This document shows positions 14,881-32,745 of a stretch of DNA of 64,000 nt, one piece after another. The position numbers and the translations under genes are program-made. The notes under the pieces were generated by a model. It was given only the letters and a program-made list of their open reading frames with translations, had not been told where the DNA came from and searched no databases. The stretch's first letter is position 1. Each line of letters begins with the position of its first letter. Source of the stretch: the human T2T-CHM13v2.0 reference genome, Homo sapiens; NCBI RefSeq assembly GCF_009914755.1, contig NC_060941.1. One strand, 5' to 3'.

Positions 14881-15178
14881 GTGTATGTGCATTCCTCTGT
14901 GCGTACGTATGTGCATGCACGTATATGCGCGTGTGTGTGTGCATCTGATATATCGTCTGGAGCATATTGTAGAGACCCATGAGAAGGTTCCCCACTAGAA
15001 TTGGTAGTTATGACCTCGTGATCCCTACTACAGCCTTTGATGAAACATCAAAATGTCACTCAAGCATGAGCTTGTCCATCAGCATGAGACATGATCAAAT
15101 ATGAATTATCAAAGAAATTTTCCCCAGTTCTGGGACACACACATGACCAGATGTTCCATGTTGGGTAGCATAGCCTGA

Positions 15179-15464
15179 TTTTTTTTTTTCTGATGCTGAG
15201 TTTTGCTCTTGTCGCCCAGGCTGGAGTGCAACGGGCGCGATCTGGCTCACTGCAACCTCCGCCTCCCGGATTCAGGTGATTCTCCCTGCCTCAGCCTCCC
15301 AAGTAGCTGGGATTACAGGTGCATGCCACCATGCCTGGCTAATTTTTGTATTTTTAGTAGAGACAGGGTTTCATCATATTTGTCAGGCTGCTGACCTCAG
15401 GTGATCTGCCCGTCTCGGCCTCCCAAAGTGCTGGGATTACAGGTGTGAGCCACCGCACCCGGCC
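15179..15464 (-). mobile_element. Alu (AluSq/Sp-like)
   Basis: Dimer; TSD-like gcata(g/t)cctgatttt. Confidence 0.95.
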
Positions 15465-16837
15465 GCATATCCTGATTTTTAACTTCCAGCCTCTTGTTCC
15501 AATGCAATCCTCATAATGTCCCTTACTGATGTCCCTCTTTGTTGCATCCTGGGTCTTGCTCCTTTTACTCCCCTCTCTTTTCTTTCTCTTTTGATCTCCG
15601 CCTGTCCTTCCTCTTCTCTCCTTTCCCCTCCCCTCTCCATCCTTCCTCTCCTTCTCTTCTCTCTGCCTTTCTCATTAAGAGTCAAAGTTCCTTGCCAAAC
15701 CACAGCTCTTAGGTTTCTATTTTCCCGAACAGATTTCTTGGCTGGTTTTACAGACTTTTCAATTGGTTCTCTCTTCTGCTTCCATGTAGTCTCTTCTCTG
15801 TTTCCAGTCACTGCTCCTAGACACTCTCCTCCCCTCCCTTAACAAGCCTAACCCCTAGGTTACAAAGTTTGAAAAATGTCAACAGGAAAAAGGGCTCTTC
15901 CTGTAGCCCTGTAAAAAAGAAGACGTGAAGGAGTTAACCTCGAGCGACATCAGTCTCCAGCCATCAGTACAGTGAGGCAGTTCTTGAAAACCAGACAGAA
16001 CAGAAGGTATCACTGTGCAACGTCCCTTCTGTGGCTCACGGCGCCCTCTGAGTCAGGATAATGAGAGAACATTCTTAAAACATGACCTAACCACGCTCTG
16101 TCCTCAAACAAATTCCTGGATGTGTGTGGAGTAAGCTCTCCCAGCAAGCCTGAGCACAGACGTGCGGGGCGGGCTTGTTAGCACTCTTCTGAGTTGCTCC
16201 CTTTACAAAGCCACCTTCCCAGCCAGTTCATTTGTATTAAAGTAAACTTTTAAAAATAACCAGTCAGTCTGTCCAGCAAACATGCTATGGGCCTCTTATG
16301 GCTGTACTTTCATAATTTTATATTGTGGCGACTGGGTCTCTGTCTTGGGGGGTATTTGGGGGCCTTTGACTTCACACTGTAGCAGGAAGAAGTTATGCAA
16401 AATTCTCGTCAGATATAGAAAAAAGGAAACAGGATATCATTCATTTCCAGAATGGAGCAGAATCACAACACAGTGATTGTGATTGCAGAGTGTCCTTTAT
16501 TTCACCTACACCTGAAGTTGTGTGTGTGTTTGTGCGTGTGTGTGTTTAATACAGGCGGCTTATCTGAGTGATTTTAAGAAATTAATTTAATTGAAAAATG
16601 ATTAAATTACAAAGAGAGGAAAAAGCATTTGGTTGGCATTACATGGGGTCAGAGGCCACTGCTAATGCAATATTTCATCAATTGCCTCATTGCTATTCTT
16701 TCAATGATGTGATTTAGTTTCTCAAATAGCTCTTATCCTGGCAGGCTTGCCTTAGATACATTGTACAGAGGCCTTATAATCATTACAATGTATTTACTTA
16801 AACATTTTAAAAGCAATTAAGCACTTTTAGATATATT

Positions 16838-16861
16838 TGTGTATGTGCGTGCGTGCATGCA

Positions 16862-16908
<47 letters not shown>
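16838..16908. repeat. (GT)n / mixed purine-pyrimidine tract (Z-DNA prone)
   Basis: Direct reading, more than 20 GT units. Confidence 0.95.
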
Positions 16909-16910
<2 letters not shown>

Positions 16911-18475
16911 ATGTCCACAGAGGGATTTTATAAATGTCCGGACAAGGGTTCTGAGTGAACACTAGGACAAGTGTTGAATTTATCCACTGTAGTGCCCTTC
17001 ATGCATTTCAAAGAGCTCCATGCAGACTCATGTTAAGCTTTTTTCATGCCCTTTGAATATACCACTATCTCCCTTTAATACACTGAAGAAACAAGAGGAC
17101 AAAGAGTCTCCCTGTGTTCCTTATCCAAGGCCACACAACTGTTGCTGGAACCTTGAGCTTTCTGAGTGCCAGGCACTTACTTGCAGTATATCGAACGCTG
17201 GGATATGGTGGAGGTTTAGTTTGTTAAAAAGTGTGATAGCCCTATGATTGTGGGAAAAAGTTTTGACATACTTTGTTTTTTATTTTAATGCAGATCAAGT
17301 CATTATAATGGTCTTTCTCTTAGAAGGCTACTGAGGTTGGGTTAAACAGTAACAGGGGTGCTTGGGAAAGGGTAGAGCAACATTTTGGCAGCATATGAAT
17401 GGGTATGTGTGCACATGGGTGGTAATACCGCATGCCCTGACCTGTCCTATGCCTCTTCCCCTTCACCTTTGTTTCAAAATGTTGTGTCCAGCGTTGAAAA
17501 ATGCTGGCACAGTTTGATGCAGGTGTTTGCAACCTCCTTCACCCCAAATGCCATGGTGGTGGGGATGCTAGGCTCTCTTAGCATCCCCCTCCTCGTGCTG
17601 CATGAGGTGGGAAGGCAAAATCATGTATTCATTCATCAAACGCTGATCAAGCACTTAAGTGCTAAGTACTGTTCGAGGTTCTGCGGATTCACAGAGGAAT
17701 AATATTCGGTCTTTGTGCTAGCGGGGAGGTAGGAAAGTAAACAAGGCCATAGAGTAAGCTCTACGATAGAGGTAGATGTGGGCCTGGGTGGTGGTGGGGG
17801 CACAGGGGAGATGAAGGAGAGGAAAAGGAAGGTTCTCACGGTGAGGGATGGTGAAAGGCCTCCAAGAATTGCTGGAGGCCCCATTCAGTGGTGGGTGCTG
17901 GTGCGTCAGTTCCCTCTGAGAGGAAGCATTTCTCAGCAGCACCAAACACTGGCTAGACCTTGAGCTAGATGACGTTTGTTGTCAACTCTCCCAGCCTTCC
18001 TGTCTGCGCCCTTTCCCTCCCTGTCTGGAAGGAAGCTCCCAACAGCCTTTTCAAAATCTGCTTAGGGCAGCTATGCATAATCAATATTTATTGAATCAAA
18101 TTGATCTGAAAAGTATTCGCACTACGGTATAAATGGCTCATACAGGGTACACCTGGGCACATGTACCTGGAAGCCTCAAGCTAAAAGAGCTTTTGCCAGC
18201 TCAGCAGGAGAGCTTCATAGTATGTTGGAGGCTCCTACACCCGAGTGCACATTTTCTGGATGGTTGCCCACTTTTTCTCTACTTTAAGCTGGCCCTACTT
18301 CCAAGCGCCCAGCCTTACATGTTTTCCCTTCCCTGCCCACTATTGTGGCTATATGATAAGGCAGGATGAGGGCCGATAACTGCTAGTCTCAGACCTTTTG
18401 GCTAGAAATGCCACAAGACTACAGCAACAACTGCTTTGAAGCCTGGGAGAGACCAGTGATGAAAAACAAAGTTGC

Positions 18476-18765
18476 GGCCAGGCACAGTGGCTCATGCCTG
18501 TAATCCCAGGACTTTGGGAGGTCAAGGCGGGCGGATCACTTGAGGTCAGGAGTTCAAGACCAGCCTGGCCAACATGGCGAAACCCTGTCTCTACTAAAAA
18601 TACAGAAATTAGCTGGGAATGGTGGTGCATGCCTGTAATCCCAGCTACTTGGGAGGCAGAGGCAGGACAATCACTTGAGCCCAGGAGGTTGCAGTAAGCC
18701 GAGATGGTGCCACACACTCCAGCCAGCCTGGGTGACAGAGCAAGAAAGAAAGCAAAAGTAAAACA
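18476..18765 (+). mobile_element. Alu (AluS-like)
   Basis: Dimer; TSD aaaacaaagttgc. Confidence 0.96.
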
Positions 18766-19201
18766 AAGTTGCAGTGAATGGGACTGGACGTTTAAATGTC
18801 TCTTTTAAATGCACTCACTATTTTGGTTCATGGTTTACCACTCGTATGTTTCCTGCATGAGGGCAGAACTGGTGTGGCACATACATTGAAATTCTACCTC
18901 TAATGTGAGATAGAAAGCAGGGGGAACTGACCAGGAACCTCCACCTTATTCCCAGTCATAGCGTTCCACTAGGATTCTCCCATGGACCATATTTCAGTGT
19001 ACAAAATTGTCATATTCACAGAAAGTACCACATTTGTTTCCCCAACCATCAGGGTTGTATAGTTACAGTCAGTGCCCTGTGCAGTAAAGACTGGCAATTG
19101 GATGTTTTTCAGACCTTCAACTTAGTTCATTATGAGAAGCTGTCTAAAAAAACAAACAAACAAGCGAACAACAAACTACAGTCTTCAATTAAAGGTTCAG
19201 A

Positions 19202-19494
19202 GGCCAGGCACAGAGGCTTATGCCTGTAACCCCAGCACTTTGGGAGGCCAAGGCAGGCAGATCACTTGAAGTCGGGAATTCAAGGCCAGCCTGGCCAACA
19301 TGGCGACACCCTGTATCTACCAAAAGTACAAAAATTAGCTGGGCATGGGGTGGTGCTCGCCTGTAATTCCAGCTACTTGGAAGGCATGAGAATCACTTGA
19401 ATCACCCAGGAAGCAGAGCTCACGGTGAGCCGAGATTGCACCACTGCACTCCAGCCTGGGTGACAGAGCAAGACTCTGTCTCAAAAAAAAAAAA
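19202..19494 (+). mobile_element. Alu
   Basis: Dimer; TSD aggttcaga. Confidence 0.95.
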
Positions 19495-19517
19495 GAGGTT
19501 CAGAAAGTGGACACCTT

Positions 19518-19675
19518 TTAGCACTATCTAATAGAAATATGAGTCATATAAGTAATTTCAAATTTCCTAGGAATAATATTCAGAAAAGTAAAAGGAAATG
19601 GGTGAAATTCATTTTAATAACATATTTTACTAAACCCACTAAATTGAAACATTGTCGTTTCAACATGTAATGAAT
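19518..19675. mobile_element. MER3/MER33-like hAT fragment
   Basis: agcactatctaatagaaatat...tttcaacatgtaat. Confidence 0.6.
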
Positions 19676-19677
19676 AT

Positions 19678-20610
<933 letters not shown>

Positions 20611-20637
20611 ATGAAAAACAATGACCACACCTCTATA

Positions 20638-20643
20638 TGTGTG

Positions 20644-20678
<35 letters not shown>

Positions 20679-20679
20679 G
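20638..20679. repeat. (GT)n microsatellite
   Basis: Direct reading. Confidence 0.95.
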
Positions 20680-21731
20680 AGAAATGAATGTTCTTTGCTG
20701 GCAATCTGACATACAGGAGAAATTAACAGAGTTAATGGCTATTCTGGCATCTGCTCCCAAGCCACTGAGACCACAGAATTAGAGGATGGGAAGGGACCTT
20801 GGAGATCTTGTTAACTGTGTCCTGGACCCTCATTGCAAGGAATCAGATTCAACTGGCCTAGGGAGGGGTCTAAGTATCAACATTTTTAGACGTCCCCTAG
20901 GTGATTCTAACGTAGGGGCTGGGCTCTAAATGCAGAAACATCCCTTTTGTTTTATAGGTGAAGAGACAGGGGCTAACTGAGGTCAGTGACTCATCTTACA
21001 GCTTGTTAGAGGCAGAGTGAAGCCCGGAATCCGGATATTCTTCTCTACCCAGCTCACACAGAGGACATTTCCATAATACCTTCATCATGGGTCATTCTCT
21101 TGCTTAACCCCAGAGTTGCTCTCATTTTGAATTGAGACACATTCCTCCGCTTAACCTAGCTTAGACACAAACTTCAACAAACTTCTCTGAACCCTTACTT
21201 GCCAAGAAAATCTTCAGATCAGTGAAAACATTGAAGTGATTCTGGTCCGGGACCATGGCTGTAAATGCCTCCCATTTTAGACCCAACTGGGACCTGACAC
21301 CCTATACTGAATATAGAGTTTAATTAGAGGGTACAGGGAGGGGCCCCAAAGAAGCAAACACTTGAGTCTGATGAGTCTCATTGATGCACAGCCTAAGCCA
21401 GAGTGACCCATTAACAGGGTCTCACACTCAGATATATCTGAGTTCAGAGCAGGTAATGCATGTGAGTAGTGTGGGTTAGGTGGGGGCTCTGGCCCAAGCT
21501 CCTCCTAGCTATGCGGGGAGGATGCAATGCAAGTCCAGTCCTTCCAATTTCTCAAAGAAGTCGCAAATTTGGGTTTTTGTTTGTTTTGGTTTTTGTGAAA
21601 AACCCTGTTTTGTGAATGTTGGCAACTAGTTTGATTTTTAGAAAAACACTGTAAGAGTCAAATAAAACCCACTCGTGAGCTATATTCTGCTTGTGAGGCT
21701 TCAGAATACATCTTTTAGATAAGTCCAAGAC

Positions 21732-21875
21732 TTTTTTTTTTTTCAGATGGTCTCGCTCTGTTGCCCAGGCTGAAGGGCAGTGACACACAGATCACTATAG
21801 CCTTGACCTCCTGGGCTCAAGCCATCCTCCCATTTCAGCCTCCCGAGTAGCTGGGATTACAGACATACACCACCA
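21732..21875 (-). mobile_element. Partial Alu (J-type)
   Basis: Right arm only. Confidence 0.85.
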
Positions 21876-21923
21876 AGGAATATGACTTCATCATATTCAA
21901 TATCGAGTTTTACTGGTTTCTAA

Positions 21924-22595
<672 letters not shown>

Positions 22596-22750
22596 TCCTT
22601 ACCTTGCCTTAGACATTGTGAAACTGATGACAGTCAACACTGGTACCAGAAGGAAAAGTAATTCAGAAGTCCCACCTCTGTTCCCCTTTTAAATGTTACT
22701 CATTTTCTCACTTTCCACTTTATTATTTCTTTTGGGTGAGGCACTTGTGA

Positions 22751-23030
22751 TTTTTTTTTTTTTTTTTTTTGAGACAGGGTCTCACTCTGTCACCCAGGCT
22801 GGAGTACAGTGACACGATCATGGCTCTCTGCAGCCTTGACCTTCCCAGTCAAGCTCAGGTGATCCTCCCACCTCAGCTCCCGAGTAGCTGAGGCTGCAGG
22901 CATGCACCACCACACCCGGCTAATTTTTGTATTTTTTTTTTTTAAGACAGGGTTTCACCAGGCTGCCCAGGCTGGTTTCGAACTCCTGGGCTCTAGTGAT
23001 CCACCCACCTCAGCCTCCCAAAGTATAGGC
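22751..23030 (-). mobile_element. Alu (AluJ-like)
   Basis: Dimer. Confidence 0.92.
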
Positions 23031-24871
23031 ACGATTCCACGACTCCCAGCCATAAATTTTCATAATGAAGTTGAAATTAAAGATTATTACAGTTCATAAG
23101 ATCCATATAATTTATTTCAAAGTTCTTTTTGAAGTTGTGAGTCAGGCTTACTAGCATCACCATGGGATAGATACTAGTTCTGCTATACACAACTATGTAA
23201 GGAAAAATGTTTTCATTCACTGCAAAATGAGACGGAAGCTTACATTGTAGCACTGGGGCAACCTCTTAGCCAATGAAATGATATTGCAAATAAAAAGCAA
23301 AATTACTCTTACCCACATTCTTCATTTTAAGAAAACACCCTTGGATAAGTACATAGAGTGAGAGTCCTTGATTTGAACTAATCTAAGGTATTAATAATAA
23401 CAGGTGAATGCTTAGATAATGATTTAAGAGTTGATGCTAATTTACCCTTTAATTGGAAGTATTTATAAAGCAAACATAAATGTAAGTTATTTGTGAAGCA
23501 TGTAAGAGATGAACAGAAAATATGCATGTCATTTGTATTTTAGTTATTCTCCCTACACATACATAACCTTGATTTTTGCCACAGTTCGTTTTTCTACATG
23601 TAAAAAACTTAATTAGATTGTGTGCTTGTGACAATCAGTTTCAAGTATATTTCTGTGAGAAGCTCCACTGTCCCCAAATAACCAGAGGTAGGTAACAGTT
23701 TCTGACAAAAGCTTGAGGGAACAGGATTAAATGATAATTACAGCGATTATATTTTATCTAAAACCTTCAAGTCTCTGGAAAGCTGCTTGGTTTCTATTTT
23801 GGGCCATGCTGCCCACATATCTTAACGACAGAATTTATGCATAATTTTGCTCTTCCTGTTTTTATCTCTGTTTGGGTGTATTTATTACTTCATATGTGGT
23901 GATGCAAGGCTCATTGAAAGGTCCATTTATATCCTGGTTATCTGCATGGGGATCTAGCTGCTTTTCTCTCGCTGTTTCTAGAACTCTCACTGTAACATTC
24001 AGATTTGCTGGCACCCAGCCTTTTCCAGCACATATACATTCCGCTCCCTCAGTGACTCTATTTATGGGAGTCTATGTGATTTACTCAAGACTAATAAAGA
24101 CCGTGTAGAAGGATGGGTCATGGATTTATCCATCCATGGAATTTTAGCGCATTCAGAGGGAGGTTTATCTTCTGTTCTTCCCCCGCTACCCCCCAATTTA
24201 ATTAAAACAACAAAAAAGGCGTTAGTCCAAATGAGGGACAGTTGGCAGATCTGCGTTATTCAACTGGAGGGACTCCCTAGTTTCTGATGCTTGGAGATGG
24301 ACAAGTAATTACCTCCTGTCTGTGACTATTTTCTACCAGGCTAAGCCCAATGTTTATTGTAAACTATCTGCCATTAAAAGCTGTAATAGCAAGCCTTATG
24401 TTCCCACACCATAAATTTGACTTGCAGTGTTTTTTTATTTACCTTCATGTTTTATTATATTCTTTGGAATGTTTCATTTTAAAGGAAGATAACGGGAGAA
24501 TGAAAATTGAACAAATTCCAAATTCACGCTTGAATAAAGATATGCTTAACACACATACTTTTTGCATACACCCAGACCTCTGATGGCCACTTTCTGAATA
24601 TTGGCAGCTTCTCTGTAACTATTAGAGGTAGTTGCTATAAGTGTATCACTTGTTAAATGGTCCTGAAAGTAGCCTAAAAATGAAAGTTTAAGCAGACCAC
24701 ATGGGCTGAGGGCAGTGATTCTCAAACTTTTGCATCTCATGAACACCCTTATTCGAAGACCCCAAAGAGCTTTTGTTTGTGTGATTATATTTATCAATAC
24801 TTACTGCATAAGAAATTAGAGCTGAGACATTTAAAAATGCTTATTTATTTATTCGTTTAAAAATAACAATA

Positions 24872-25480
24872 GGGCCAGGCACGATGGTGGCTCATTCCTG
24901 TAATCCCAGCACTTTAGGAGGCCGAGGTGGGAGAATCACTTGAGCCCAGGAATTTGAGACCAGCCTGGGCAACATGGCAAAATCCCGTCTCTACAAAAAA
25001 ATTTTTAAAATTAGCCAGGTGTCGGCCGGGCACGGTGGCTCACGCCTGTAATCACAGCACTTTGGGAGGCCAAGGCGGGTGGATCATGAGGTCATGAGAT
25101 CGAGACCATCCTGGCTAACACGGTGAAACTCTGTCTCTACTAAAAATACAAAAAATTAGCCGGGCATGGTGGCAGGCGCCTGTAGTCCCAGCTACTCAGG
25201 AGGCTGAGGCAGGAGAATGGCGTGAACCCGGGAGGTGGAGCTTGGCAGTGAGCAGAGATCATGCCACTGCGCTCCAGCCTGGGCGACAGAGCGAGACTCG
25301 GTCTCAAAAAAAAAATTAGCCGGGTGTCTTGGCATGCCCCTGTGGTCCCACTACTCAGGAGGCTGAGGTGGGAGGAAAACCTGAGCTTGGCGGGGGTCGA
25401 GGCTGCAGTGAGCTGTGGTCACACCACTGCGATCCGGCCTGAGCAACAGAGTGAGACCTGTCTCAAAAAACAAACAAATG
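24872..25480 (+). mobile_element. AluJ-like element with an AluY (25024-25315) inserted at its linker
   Basis: TSD aaaattagcc(a/g)ggtgtc at 25007-25023 and 25312-25328. Confidence 0.95.
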
Positions 25481-25797
25481 AAAAAACCCCAAACCAATAA
25501 ATCATTATATGTTAACATAAATACCATTTTTAATGAAAAATAACTATTTTCTGTAGCAAAAAAAAAAAAGTTTAATAAGAAGAGAGAGATTGTTTTGGAT
25601 TCTGTTTGACTTTAGAAGACAGCTGGAGTCTCATATCTGCTTCTTCAGTCTGCTGTAATATGTTGCTTTGGTTGAAATATATGAAAAAAACCTGCCCCTA
25701 CACAGATATGTAGTTGTAAAAGGGAATATTTTAACAGCCTTTTCAAATAATTATGGATATTCTGCTTTGATCCCAGACCAAAACTTGACAAGTGGAG

Positions 25798-26416
<619 letters not shown>

Positions 26417-26893
26417 CAATTAAGTGTTAGTTTCTTAAAGGTTAGTTGCAATGTGGAAATTAAAATCCTTTCAGTGGATTTTTTTTTAAACTAATAGATT
26501 TTATTTTTTTTTAGAGCAATTTTAGGTTTAAAGAAAATGAGACCATTTGGAGGGTTCTTATGTGCCCCCTTTCGCCACATTTTCCTATATTAACATCATG
26601 CATTAATGTGGCACATTTGTTAACAATTGATGAATCAATAATACTGTACATGATTATTAAACTAAAGCTCATAGTTTACATTAGGATTAATTATTTGTGA
26701 TATACAGTTCCATGGGTTTGGACAAATGTATAATGATATGTGTCCACTATTACAGTAACCTATAGAATAATTTTACTGCCCTAAACCCTCCCTGTGCTCC
26801 TCCTATTCAGCCCTTCTCTTCTTCCCCTGAACCCTTGGCAACCACTGATCTTTTGACTATCTTTATAGGTTGCCTTTTCTAGAACATCATATA

Positions 26894-28172
<1,279 letters not shown>

Positions 28173-28641
28173 TAATTGGAATCATACAACACATAGACTT
28201 TTCAGATGGGCTTCTTTCACTAAGCAATATGCATTTAATGTTCCTTTTTGTGGATTGAATGCTCATTAATTTTGCTCACTGACTATTCCACTGTATGAAT
28301 ATACTACAGTTTATTCATTCACCTTTTGAAAAATATCTTGGTTGCTTCTAGTTTTTAGCAATTATGAATAAAGTTACTATAAACATTTGTGTGCAGATTT
28401 TTGTGTGGGCTAAGTTTCCAACTCTTTTTGGTAAAACCCTAGGAGTATGATTGCTGGGTCAGATGGTAAGAATACATTTAGCTTTAAAAGAAATGTAAAC
28501 TGCCAAACTGTCTTCAAAAGTGGCTGCACTATTTTGCATCCCCACTAGCAATGAATGAGAGTTTCTATTGCTCCACATCTTTGCCAGCATTAGGTATTAA
28601 TAGGTTTTTGGATTTTAGCCATTCTAATATGAGTATAGTAG

Positions 28642-29460
<819 letters not shown>

Positions 29461-30052
29461 TGTTATGTTTTTTTTCTTTATCAGATATGTGTTTTGCAAA
29501 TATTTTCTCCCAATCTGCAGAGAAAATATGTGGCTTGTCTTTCCATTCTCTTAAACCACTGGATCTTTCACACTACGACCGTTTGGTGCCACTACCCTGA
29601 TGCCTGCTAAACCATCAGTGTTTGTGTAACATCACACTGTTGTTTGTGTAATATCAGTGCAAATTGTGTAACGTCACAACAAACACATCATTGTTTGTGT
29701 AACATCAGTGCAAATTTTAATACAAAGGAAAGGCAAAAGACATCTTAGTATTATTGTGAAAATAGTTTTAATTTTGCGGACATACGATCAAGGCCCATGG
29801 ACCATACTTTGAGAACTACTGGCCTAAAGCAAACAAGGATAGCCTGTACTACTCTTTAGTTCAGGCCTCAGTAAGACCAAATAGAATAAGAAATTTGAAT
29901 TTTACAAATATGTAATGTTAATTTACTTTTCTGCAAAAAGAGGTTTGGAAGACACATAAGATATATAATTCATTGAACTTGGTGTTCTAATTCATTAGGA
30001 AGAGCCCATTTTGTTTACATATTTTTTGCTGGTGATTTTTGAGAGAATATAA

Positions 30053-30729
<677 letters not shown>

Positions 30730-31195
30730 CTAAATGTCTCTTAATGGCAAATAATAGGTAGATAATGCCTAGTAACGGGTTTATGATATATTTGTCTATA
30801 TAGACAAACATATAGTACCCCAAACTTTTTCCTTTTTCTCCTAGAAAGAAAAAGCATATTTTCTTTCCTTCTGGTAGATGTACTTTTCCCTATTCCTTCC
30901 ATTAAGTACAACCCAAAACCCTGAATATTATATATTAAACAAACATGAGAAGACTCTGAAAGGGGGGGAAGAAAAGGAGGGCAGAATGTCTATGGACTGC
31001 AGGACCTGAAGAACAACATTGCAGTGACTTACTTTGTTTTTATTTTTGACTCATATACACCAGACTTGGAGTTGAAAAAGGTAGCAACCTGGAAATGCCA
31101 ACAGGAGTAGTCGAAAAAGCCCAACCAAAGCCTGCTGTCTTTAGCCAAAGAACCATGGAAGAGGCAGCCTAGCAAGATAGAGAAGTTTTAAACAT

Positions 31196-31873
31196 CACTA
31201 TGGATTGCATTGTGTCTCCCCAAAATTCATGTCGAAGCCTTAACTCCCAGTGTAATTGTATTTGGAGATGGGGCCTTTGGGAGATAATTAGGGTTAGATG
31301 AAGTAATGAGAATAAGGCCCTCATGATGGAATCAGCAGCTTTATAAGAAGAATGATGGGGTTGGGTGCAGTGGCTCACATCTGTAATCCCAGCGCTTTGG
31401 AAGGCCGAGGTGGGAAGATCACTTGAGGTCAGGAGTTCAAGACCAGCCTGGCCAACATGGTGAGACCCCGTCTCTACCAGAAAATACAAAAATTAGCCGG
31501 GCATGGTGGTGCACGTCTGTAATCCCAGCTACTCGTTGGGATGAGGTTGAGGCATGAGAATCGCTTGAACACAGGAGGTGAAGGTTACAGTGAGCCAAGA
31601 TTGTGGCCTGCTGCACTCCAGCCTGGGAGACAGAATGAGACCCTATCAAGAAAAAAAAAAAAAGAGGAGTGGAGAGAGATCATTCTCTCTGCCATGTGAA
31701 GACACAGTAAGAAGCTGATCATCTGCAACCCAGAAAGAGAGCCCTTGCCAGGAACCAAATTGGTTAGCATCTTGACCTTAGACTCCCTAACTTCCAAAAC
31801 TGAGAAACATAAATGTCTGTTGTTGAAGCCACCAGTCTATATTTTGTTGTAGCAGCCTGAGAAGACTAATACA
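31196..31873 (+). mobile_element. MLT1A-like solo LTR containing an Alu (31359-31663, +)
   Basis: ctatggattgcattgtgtctccccaaaattcat...gactaataca. Confidence 0.85.
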
Positions 31874-32444
31874 GACAATAACTGCTCTACTCAGCCAAAC
31901 ACCACAGCAAACGCTTTGGCCCCCACCCATGCCAACAAAGGCTGAGTGGGGAGCCTACGATTCCACCCTTATGAGGCTATAATGCGGCACCTCACCCACC
32001 AGGGTTGTGTCAGAGAAGGCCAAGTAGAGAGTCAATAATAAGTCCACTCTCCACCTGGCCCCCATGGTATCAGTGGAGACCATGTGGGAAGCCTACACTT
32101 GCACCCCCAAAAGGCAGTAATGAAGTGCTCCTCTTCATTCCTGCTCAGTGGTATCAGAGTAGGACTAGCGGAGAGTCTAGACTTTTACCATCATCCAATG
32201 GTAATAAGGCAACCCCCATCTCAGTGTCAGTGGAGACCACCTGGGGAGCCAGAATGCCAACATCTGCCCAGCCATAATGAGAAGTGTAACTAAGATGCCA
32301 ACAGAGGCTGAGTGAACCTAGTCTTCTACCTGCACCTGTCAGTAATGGGTTGGTGTCTTTCCTCCTCTGCTGGAGTAATGTCAAAAAAAGCCAGCTAAAA
32401 TAAAGAGTTAACGTAAAATTAATAGCCTTATAAAAATGTCCAAG

Positions 32445-32745
32445 TTTCTTTCTTTCTTTTTTTTTTTTTGTGATACGGAGTTTTGCTATTGTTGCCCAGG
32501 CTGGCGCGATCTCGGCTCACCGCAACCTCCGCCTCCTGAGTTCAAGTGATTCTCCTACCCCAGCTTCCCGAGTAGCTGGGATTACAGGCATGCATCACTG
32601 TGCCTGGCTAATTTTTTGTATTTTTAGTAGAGACGGGGTTTCTCCATGGTGGTCAGGGTGGTCGCAAACTCCCGACCTCAGGTGATACATGCGCCTTGGC
32701 TTCCCAAAGTGCTGGGGTTACAGGTATGCACCACCGTGCCTGGCC
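32445..32745 (-). mobile_element. Alu (AluSp-like)
   Basis: TSD aaaaatgtccaagtttc. Confidence 0.96.

Noticed and set aside
15479-15842. Opposing 108-110 aa ORFs
   Set aside because: Artefact of a CT-rich low-complexity tract.
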